Assembly (NCBI GenBank): GCA_002269645.1
Contig: NIVC01000446.1
Span: 530,078-594,077 of the forward strand
Length of the DNA: 64,000 nt
Source of the DNA: Macrostomum lignano
Lineage: Eukaryota
Direction: 5' to 3'
Below the pieces are notes generated by a model. That model worked only from the letters and a program-made list of their open reading frames with translations, did not search any database and was not told the origin of the DNA. This document shows positions 56,306 through 64,000 of the stretch, one piece after another. Each line of letters opens with the position of its first letter. Positions within the stretch are counted from its first letter, which is position 1. The translations under genes and the position numbers were made by a program.

Positions 56306-58656
56306 CTGGTGCAAACAGCGCTGAGTTTCGGACTGGTGGTTTAGATGTGACAAGCGCACCTGTGGCATCCCTCAGAATGGTGGCCGAAGCGCAAAGAGTG
56401 CCATGTCTAAATCTACCAATCGTAAAAATCGCCAATCGTCATTCTCTTCTCCCATGGCGTGAGGCAACAAAATCCAAAAATATTAATGTAACTTTTCAAA
56501 TTTTTCGGGCTGCGAATTCGTTCAATTCATTCGAAATTTCCAAATTCATTCATTCGCCAAAAGCCCCTGATTCAATTTAAAATTAATTTAGCCGATCAGT
56601 TTCAGCGCTAGAAAGTGTGAAGTGGTAGACGAGCGGATTTGATTACAATCAGAATAGCTACCTGGTAACGGAGTGTGTGAAGAACTGCGAAAGTGAATTT
56701 TCCGGACTCACTTTCTATTTCATGGTAATATGCTTTATTTCCCCTCCCTTTCTTTCTCTCGCCTAGCCTACAGCAGAACTGTGTGAGTGTTGAGGTGGAC
56801 AGCCAGCCAGGTACGGAAGCCTCATCACGCAAGCACAGGGAAGCTGGAAGCGAAGCATTTCTTTCCTTTGTCCTACCTCTTTCTTTTACTCGGGGAGTGT
56901 AACGGTCGCTCTCCCTGATCGCTCAGTTAATCCTAGAAATGCGTAGAGACCGGAGCGTGTTTTGTTTGTCCATTAGAATGAACAGCTATCAAGGGCTATG
57001 GGGAACTCGCTATATATGCATAGTAAGGGAAGCAGTAGTCATGGCCTTGGAAACATTGGGGGATACCAAAGTCTCGCAGGAATGGGAATAGCGGTGTGAT
57101 TGTATCTCTGTAGGGTATCAGTGTGACTCAAAAATCTCGGGCTAAAAAAAGTGTCACCTCCTATGGAATACCTGCGATCAGCCCGGACCTGAATTCTGCG
57201 GTAACCCCTGGTGCCTTCATGGCTGGGATTCGATCCCAACGTGTCTGCTGACTCTCCCCACTGTATTGCAGACCCGGTAGTAACTGCTTTGGTTGCATTT
57301 GGGCTGGTGCAGTGGCTGGGAATAGTAGATCCCATAGTATCCTATTGATAGTGGAGTTCAGTGAGTATTGGAATGGTGTACTGGAAGCCTGGTGGCCCCC
57401 AGTGATCTCGTAATGTTTCCTGCTGCATTCTCCTCCTTTAGTAATTCCTCCCCCCTGCTGTCAGTCTGATAGGGGAGGTGGGTGTGCCAATCAGCCCGAC
57501 CCGGTAGAACGGCGCTCCTGCCCGACTTGTCAGCCTGGCCCAGGAAGGCGCTATTGCGCAACTCTTTTCCCCTCTGGCCACTGCAGCCCACTAAGCGCTT
57601 AGACGCAGGGTTGCATGCAGTCCCCTAATGTAAAGCCCCGGTACATAGAGTGCCACCCCGGTGCCCCGCAAGGTCAATAAGACGGGTTGACGTCTCTGGC
57701 AACTTGGAATAACCTAGATGGAGGTACCGCTGTCTCCTGGTAGAACCGGGCGTTCAAGTACAGTAAAGTGGAGAGGCTGACAACTGTAGGACTTTCTCCG
57801 CCATCAGATAAAGGTCCCAAGTATGCTATTTCGAGCTGCAGCAAAGGTGGAGTATCGGAGGGGCAAGCATTTCAGGAAGATACTCACTTAGGTCTGTTTA
57901 TCCTAGGAAAGCGGGCGAGAGTTTCAGGCTTGTAATCCGCCTAACCTGAAAACTTCGGGGACAGTTTAGTCTGGACTCCCGCTGCGCGCCTTCGCTCTGA
58001 ACAGAAGGGGGAGGTCTTGGTTTTTGTGGATTCTGCTAGACGTAGGGGAGCTGGATTCCCGCCTTTTGTGAAGCTGCGTGTACAAGATTGGTAGTCCTGA
58101 GGTGGAAGCCCCACTGGACTCCGACGGTTTTCCGGCTGTGCAAGGGCAGTAAAGTGGGAGGACCTCCATGGGGATTGCTCCCGCCACTTGGGTTTTTGGG
58201 TCCAGGCGCCAACGCTTCTTCGTAGTAGCTTTCTTAAGGAAATGGGGCCCGGCGCGCAACCCTAGGGGAGAATTTGTACAGGTGCCGTAAGTCCGTTTAC
58301 GGTCGGCATTTGGGTTCCCTAGCATGGCCGCAAAATGAAGGTCAAGTCTCTCTGAATAGCCAATTTTTCCCTGTCAGGATGTGCCATAGACAACTGGTAG
58401 TGGTAGCCGCAGTTTGAGTCAGTGTGCTTTGCCGAGTGAAGCCGTTAGGACTGCCTAAATGGAATTATGTGGAGCCACCCGTTTTTCAATTTGTTTTCTT
58501 CGACGCCGCAAGTGTGTGAGTTTTGTCTGTGTTTGTGTGTACGTGAGTGTGTTTGTGTGTTTCGGGTCAACTTTTCGGTCTTTACCTGTAGTTGCCCCGG
58601 TTTTCTTTTCTTTTCCTTCCCGGTAGTGGGTACTCCCCCAGCTATCCGGCATTCAC

Positions 58657-60138
58657 ATGTCACGGGCGCGTGGAGATAGGGTCGTAGAAGCTGTGTGCGC
58701 AGACGCCCCTGGTCAACCACCCTCGGCCGCTGACACCCCAGCAGTTGCCGCCCCCGCAGCCGCAATGGCCGCAGCCGCTGGTAACCAGGTCCCTCAGCCT
58801 CCAGAAGCAGTAGTAGTTGAGGAACCAGATGAAGGAGTAGCAGCTCCCGCTCCCAATCAGGGTGGCGCAGCAGCCGCCGCTGCTCCCCCGGACGCAGCCC
58901 AGAATCCTCCTCAGGCAGTCCCGCAGCTAGGAGACTTAGTTGCCGCTATAGCCAATGCGTTTAACCAGCTAAACATGGGCCAAGAAGCTCAGAGGCCGAA
59001 AATCTACGTAGAGAAGTTCTCTCCCGGCGAACACTGTTTTGTGCAATGGGTAGAGAGAATGATCTACAAGCTGGACGCGGAGAGAACTGTAGGAGATCAG
59101 GCTAGGAAGCAGGTGCTCATCTCGCACCTCCCAGGTGAATTTCAGAACTTAGCCTTAGGATTGGACGGGCAATTGCCCTTTGAGCAGTTCGTATCTAGAT
59201 TAGGAGAGCAGTTGGGCGAGGCCAACACTGATCTGGCTAAGAGAAATAAGCTGAAGAATCTGAGCCAGAAACCCGGCCAATCACATAGTGCTTTTGCTGC
59301 TATGATAAGATCTCAGATAACGGCCATGTTTCCTCAGATTCAGGGTGAGCAGAGAGAACAAGAAATCGTGTACACCTACTTGGAACACGCTAAGCTCCCC
59401 CGCCAGGTCAGACAAGATCTGTTGAGCCGTCGCTGGCAGACAATTGAGCAGGTGTTAGAACAGCAGCAAGCCCTGTTAGAAGCCGCAGACTTAGCCGGGA
59501 AATGGGACAGTAGTGGCCCGCCCAGGTCTGAGTCCCGCACCGAAGTCCGTCTGCAACCTCAGCAGCCACCCAGGCCCCCTCGCAAGTGGGTCAGGATGGT
59601 GAACCAGGAAGCTGACGAGACGGAGGAGGACGGTGACGGCCTATCAGAGATGCAAGAGAGGTTGGGCGCGCTAGAGCAAACGCAAAAGGATCTGCGCAAC
59701 CAGCTGGTGCAGCTCAATGAAACTATGAAGGCGACAGCAGAGTCTGTTGCCCAGCTGCCCCAGCAGATGAGGCCCCCTCGCCCCGCCACTCCCAACAGGA
59801 ACTGGAGGCAGGGGCAGGGCGGCTCTAATAGCAGTAGGAACTGGCGCCAACCCCAGCCCCCGCCGCTTGCAATTCAGGAGGCGCCCACGCCGCCGGCGCC
59901 GGGTGTGCAGCAGCAGCAATTGCAGCTTCGTGCGCCACCTGATCGCCATAGGCAAGATTTAGAGGAGTGGGGCAGAGATATGTTAGACGAGGCTACCAGG
60001 GAGAGGCAGGAGAGGCTCGCCCAGCTGCGCGCGCAAGCTCTGATGCCTCCTCCTTCCACGCCTGAAGAGCCCCGGGTTCGGGAAACCCGTGGGAGGGCTG
60101 AATGGCCCGGCCCGAACTCAGCCCCGTTCCCTCTCTAG
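58657..60138 (+). CDS. gag: Ty3/Gypsy-type Gag (capsid domain plus coiled coil, no CCHC knuckle)
   Basis: Capsid-like KFSPGE..FVQWVERM...ARKQVLISHL...FEQFVSRL and MHR-like LKNLSQKPGQS..AFAAMIR...MFP, positioned downstream of LTR and PBS. Confidence 0.85.
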   Translation: MSRARGDRVVEAVCADAPGQPPSAADTPAVAAPAAAMAAAAGNQVPQPPEAVVVEEPDEGVAAPAPNQGGAAAAAAPPDAAQNPPQAVPQLGDLVAAIANAFNQLNMGQEAQRPKIYVEKFSPGEHCFVQWVERMIYKLDAERTVGDQARKQVLISHLPGEFQNLALGLDGQLPFEQFVSRLGEQLGEANTDLAKRNKLKNLSQKPGQSHSAFAAMIRSQITAMFPQIQGEQREQEIVYTYLEHAKLPRQVRQDLLSRRWQTIEQVLEQQQALLEAADLAGKWDSSGPPRSESRTEVRLQPQQPPRPPRKWVRMVNQEADETEEDGDGLSEMQERLGALEQTQKDLRNQLVQLNETMKATAESVAQLPQQMRPPRPATPNRNWRQGQGGSNSSRNWRQPQPPPLAIQEAPTPPAPGVQQQQLQLRAPPDRHRQDLEEWGRDMLDEATRERQERLAQLRAQALMPPPSTPEEPRVRETRGRAEWPGPNSAPFPL

Positions 60139-60142
60139 GGCC
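60080..60142 (+). promoter_or_regulatory. -1 ribosomal frameshift signal (slippery heptamer plus predicted pseudoknot)
   Basis: GGGAAAC at 60080-86; an 8-nt spacer; stem GGGCTGA (60095-101) with TCAGCCC (60118-124); loop GGCCC complementary to GGGCC (60138-142). Confidence 0.7.
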
Positions 60143-60604
60143 CAGCTTAACCTGCCACGTCCGCCCAGCAAGAAGTTTAGATTTGAGAAGGTACCCGATT
60201 TCTATCAGCCAAGACCAGCTAGAGGACAACGCGGGAGAGATATTGTTGTAGAGTTGCCAATTGAGAATGTTCCCACCCGCCTCCTGGTAGATGGGGGCAG
60301 TGCGCTGTCTTTGCTAACAGTCAAAGACTTTACTAAAATTACCGGACAGAGTGTGGAGGCCCTGGAGCCCCCATGTGTGAAGGCCGTGTCCTACACGGGC
60401 AATGAATTAGAGATGCTAGGCCAGGCCACCCTCACAGCAGTTATTGGGCTAGAAGAGGTGAGAATCCTCTTTCTGGTCGTTGGCAATTCAGCAGCAGTTT
60501 CCCTCCTGGGTAGTGCTTTTCTAGCCAGTACGCATGCTATCATAGACTATCGAACAGAAAAGGTTTACTTGCTAGGTGTGAGTCTCCCATTCGACCCCCG
60601 CTGA
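60089..60604 (+). CDS. Retropepsin-type aspartic protease, stand-alone, ends in a stop
   Basis: VELPIENVPTRLLVDGGSALSLL (LVD[TS]G position), AVSYTGNELEMLG (flap) and SLLGSAFLASTHAIIDY. TGA at 60602-04. Confidence 0.82.
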   Translation: MGGLNGPARTQPRSLSRAQLNLPRPPSKKFRFEKVPDFYQPRPARGQRGRDIVVELPIENVPTRLLVDGGSALSLLTVKDFTKITGQSVEALEPPCVKAVSYTGNELEMLGQATLTAVIGLEEVRILFLVVGNSAAVSLLGSAFLASTHAIIDYRTEKVYLLGVSLPFDPR

Positions 60605-61192
60605 GTAACAGATCGGTAGCTAGCCAGTGATTGCTTAATTCCCCCCCCCGATTCGCGTGTCGAAATTTTGCTCGTGTTGCCCCGTTGGAGACCGCTTTTC
60701 GCGTATTTACGTATGCCCTCTATTACTCGAATTTATGTTGTGACCTCGTGCTCGTTGGTGTTGTTTAAATATCTAAGATTTTAGCTCGAAAATTAGGCCC
60801 GTACAGTATGCGTTAATTCCCTATCAGTAAATATTAACTTGGAAACTAGTAAAATTTCTATGGGTCTGCTCCACAGGAGGTCCTGCCCGCTGTTCAAGAT
60901 TTTCTGGGAACAATGGAAGTCTGGGACCGTAGGAAATTAGCACCTTTAGGTCTGATTTCGTGTGTTTGTTCACACTTTGTGAAAGTCCGATTTTGGGAAA
61001 CTTTTAATTGGTTTCGATGAGGCAATAGGGGGGGGGGCATTCAATGTAATTAAGTTTATCAGGCAAATGGGGCAGCAATTAGTTTAGAGTAGGCCAGTGG
61101 TTTAGTCAATGTAAAGTCAGGTAAGTAATTAAAGTCAAGTTATGGGGACAGATAGTTCAGAATTAGTAAGTAAGCATTAAGAACCACCAGCA

Positions 61193-62886
61193 TCAGCAGT
61201 TGGGAAGCCGCAGAAATAGCTCCAAGAGCAGTAGCCAGTGCATTGTGAGACCGGCTATTAGGGCCGTCGACAGCACGACCAAATGCCAGGAGCCGTCGGT
61301 CTCCACCACAGGGGTTGGCAAGGGCTGTGGAGCGGCAGCCACGGGCGTCACCGCGGCGACCGGCGGCGGAGCGTGCGCTCGGGCTGACAACGGCGGTGGT
61401 ACCGGATGCCAACCGGCCCCGGACGCTGGTTCGCTGGCGGCCCGGCGGTCGCATGGCCCGGGAGCCGCGGCGCCTATGTCACCAGATGGCGCAGCCGGCC
61501 CAGAATCAGAGGGGGCGTCCGGCTCTGAATGGCTGTCTTCGGGCGCTTCGTAGTCGGACTCCTCTTCAAGGATGGGCTCGGCTACTAGCGGCCGGAATCC
61601 TGAAAATGAGGATTTAAGGGATGAAATAGAAGTAGGGAACTAGCCGGGTATTAGGATGTAGATAGATGGGGATTTTAACTTTATGGCGTGTGGTAGTGGC
61701 CTTCCTGGGGGTTTCTTCCTTTCTTCATTCCCTCTCCTTCCTTGAGCTCTAGGTGATCAAGTAGTGGTAGCCTTCTTCCCCGCCTTCTTTTAATGATACA
61801 CCTCTAAGGATGGCAGTTTTTCGTCTTCCTCTCCTCTGGTAGAAGGGCAAATAGTGGCAGTTTCCCCGGGCAATCCACTCTAATTGGTGACGGGTTCCCT
61901 CTTTCTCTTCCCTGTTAATGTACAATTGGTGGCAGTTTTCCCTAGCAACCTCTCTCAAAATGGTGGCTGATCCTCCTTTTCTTTTCTTTGGTAATGCGCC
62001 AAGATGGTGGTAGGTTCCCCTTTCTCTTTTATAATAGTACATCAAACTGGTGGCAGTCAAATTAATGATTAATTCCTCTTTCGAATTCTTTCGGCTGTTA
62101 AGTTTATGAGGGTCTCGGAGGCATGGATGAGAACTGCGTGCGCGTGGCGTTGAAGGAAGAAATCGAAGGGAGTTGGGCCGCATCATCATTTATCCTCCGG
62201 AGTCTAATCTCCAAATCCCTCTTCTATTCATATTAACCAAATTAATTTGTGTGCCTGATCTGAATGTGTGCATGTGAGGTGGGAGTGCGATCTCTGTCGG
62301 CTGGAGTACGGATCTGCCGCGGGCGCGACCGGAGGTGGTCTCGGGTCTGCCCCTTCTTCTCACAGGTGAGGAAACAGGAAGCGGCGGAACCAGCCAATCA
62401 GAGCGCACGGAGACTAGAGCGAGCGGTCCAAGCCAACGGCGACCCCGGCCGCAGCAGGTGTGCCTCCCAATGTGCTCAACCAATGGAAGCCAGCCCGGCA
62501 CTATAAGAAGACCCACGCCTGCCAGAGCTGGAAATCATCAATCAGAGAAATCATTCTGTCCTTCAATCGCTGAAGCATTCTATGAACTATCCAGCTTGAC
62601 ATGGACACGAAGTCTACCATCAATCGAATTCAGCTATGCTCCAGCTTACCGTCTGAGCGTCCTGCCAGCCCAGTTAGCGAAAGCGGCCCGTGACGCCATC
62701 CAAGAGGCGGAGGACGGCCCGAGCCGCCAGCGGCGGCCTCCGCCAGGGTCGAAGAAGGTGACGAGACAATCGACCCGGCCAATGCTGGGGCGACACCGCG
62801 GACATTTCGGACCGCGGCAATTCGGCGAGGCGGCCGCCGCCGCTGCGTGATGTTCTGCCCAACAGCCGCCGAAGTGTGACATCGCC
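61193..62886 (-). CDS. Putative antisense spliced ORF with acidic/Pro-Ala-rich body and C-terminal TM helix (partial)
   Basis: Terminal exon 61599-61193 (acceptor CATTTTCAG; FRPLVAEPILEEESDYE...WHLVVLSTALIAGLTMHWLLLLELFLRLPNC*). Candidate upstream exon 62886-62650 (acceptor CTCTTTGCAG, donor G|GTAAG) is open in the matching phase 1. Confidence 0.45.
61762..62056 (+). repeat. Array of eight LTR-end/PBS-like motifs, each followed by a pyrimidine tract
   Basis: TGGTGGCAG-like 9-mers at 61762, 61808, 61852, 61885, 61927, 61961, 62005 and 62048. Confidence 0.7.
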
Positions 62887-64000
62887 CTGCAAAGAGAAGA
62901 AGTCGATTGGGGTCAGGTGGCTGGCGAACCTTCGGCGACAGCTATGGATCTGGTGCACTGGGTCGGCCTGAGTCCTATCATGGCCCACTCCAGGCCGAGG
63001 ACAGGCATGCGACTCTAGAGCGCCAACTTCGCGACAACCTGGACCGGCCTGTCTGCTCATCCTGTCAAAAGCGGCCCTGCTGGGATGGTTGACAATACAG
63101 CTGTTAATGTACATCGAGGCAGCGGCCCAGAGCGCTACAAATACGCCCTCGGCGACCTAGTCCGGCAGGCCGCCAAGTTCCTCCGCAAGGTTGTGGATGA
63201 GGAACCATCACACCTGACAGCCCGGCCGCCGTCCTGTGCCCCCATCACAGCAATCTTCAGCACCTGCGAACGGCCGGTCTACAAGAAGGTGATCATCAGC
63301 TGCGCAGCCTCCTCTCAGATGACTAGACAACTGACACCAACCCAGAAGCCCGGCTATTGATTGGCCTGGCCAGCTTGGGCCAGCGCTGGGGCATGCTTCC
63401 TGCGGACCTGCCAGGGTGCTCTGGGGCTTCCTGAGCGAGGGCGCCGAATGGGAAGAGGCTCTCGTCATCCACGACGGCATTCTTGCGGCCTCCGCGCCGG
63501 CCTCTGCGCCCCTCCTCTATGCGCCGTTTGCCACAGTGGCCTGGGCCGCCACTCTCTCGCAACGTTCAATCGCCGCTGTGGGGGTGTTGGCGGCCCTGGG
63601 CGACGTTGAGCCGGCTACGCGGGCCTGGCGAGGTGCCCGTGGCACTTTGCAGCATTTTGCAATCGCGCAGCCGCCCCTGTCTGCACCAACTCTGACACGG
63701 CTGCAACAAGTACGGAATGCGGCCTTCGTCGTCCAATGCCAAGCCCTGGGCATCCCGACTCTGCCGCAGTTGAGGGCGTGCTGCGAACGACATCTTGCCT
63801 AGCGATGGCACCGAGTGGTGCTCACGGCCGCGGCAGCAACGTTATGTGGAAGCATGGCAAGTGCCATGGCTCAGGTGGCGGCATATGGCCGTACCAGCTA
63901 AATCAAGAGGCCCATTTCGAGTAAGGATGCTGACTGCCTGCTGAGCGACGTCCGCCGGCCGGTCCGACCCGCCTTTCGCCCCCTTGCGTTGTGTGTTTGT

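Larger units (their letters stand above)
54071..64000 (+). mobile_element. Ty3/Gypsy-like LTR element with gag + protease but no RT/RH/IN in view; runs off the window
   Basis: LTR, PBS, gag and protease occur in canonical order. No YxDD RT ORF between 60604 and 64000. The 3' LTR is not in the window. Confidence 0.8.

Noticed and set aside
56306-58600. Minus-strand ORFs in the retroelement leader
   Set aside because: Short, no RT/IN/env motifs, no consistent splice chain
60062-60094. CTGAAGA...GAAA as a hammerhead at the gag end
   Set aside because: Stem II does not close next to GAAA and there is no UH triplet; the frameshift signal explains the site better
62907-63200. CSSCQK and YALGDLV as integrase remnants
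   Set aside because: Isolated motifs in different short ORFs, with no HHCC spacing or DDE core between them

Overview
Intron-rich, repeat-rich animal genomic DNA. It is most likely a free-living flatworm such as Macrostomum. This is inferred from a 28/30 match to the Macrostomum spliced leader as I recall it, TTAGGG tracts, a flatworm-style amidated neuropeptide precursor and GC-rich exons among dense minisatellites. Left to right: (1) a ~7.94-kb higher-order tandem repeat with short TTAGGG tracts (1-9036); (2) a 3-exon Shisa-like gene whose introns hold a spliced-leader relic, a CORE-type SINE and a candidate minimal hammerhead ribozyme; (3) an EMYSGLL-amide neuropeptide precursor with an in-frame TAG in its last repeat; (4) G-rich and other minisatellites, an unknown ORF and a 4-TM (TMEM272-like) ORF; (5) a six-exon, 5'-incomplete PH-domain gene; (6) a 2-exon LRR protein with signal peptide and GPI-like tail; (7) a decayed Crypton tyrosine-recombinase element; (8) a UBXN10-like gene and the last exon of mitochondrial CLPP; (9) from 54071 to the window end, an LTR retroelement in the CLPP intron. 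This element has a 2.2-kb LTR, a perfect tRNA-Leu PBS, gag, a frameshift signal and a protease, but no RT/RNase H/integrase in the following 3.4 kb. It instead carries an array of LTR-end/PBS mimics and an antisense spliced membrane-protein ORF, and is the best candidate for an undescribed system. Exon models were built by hand from splice consensus and phase continuity; family calls come from motif recognition, not database searches.
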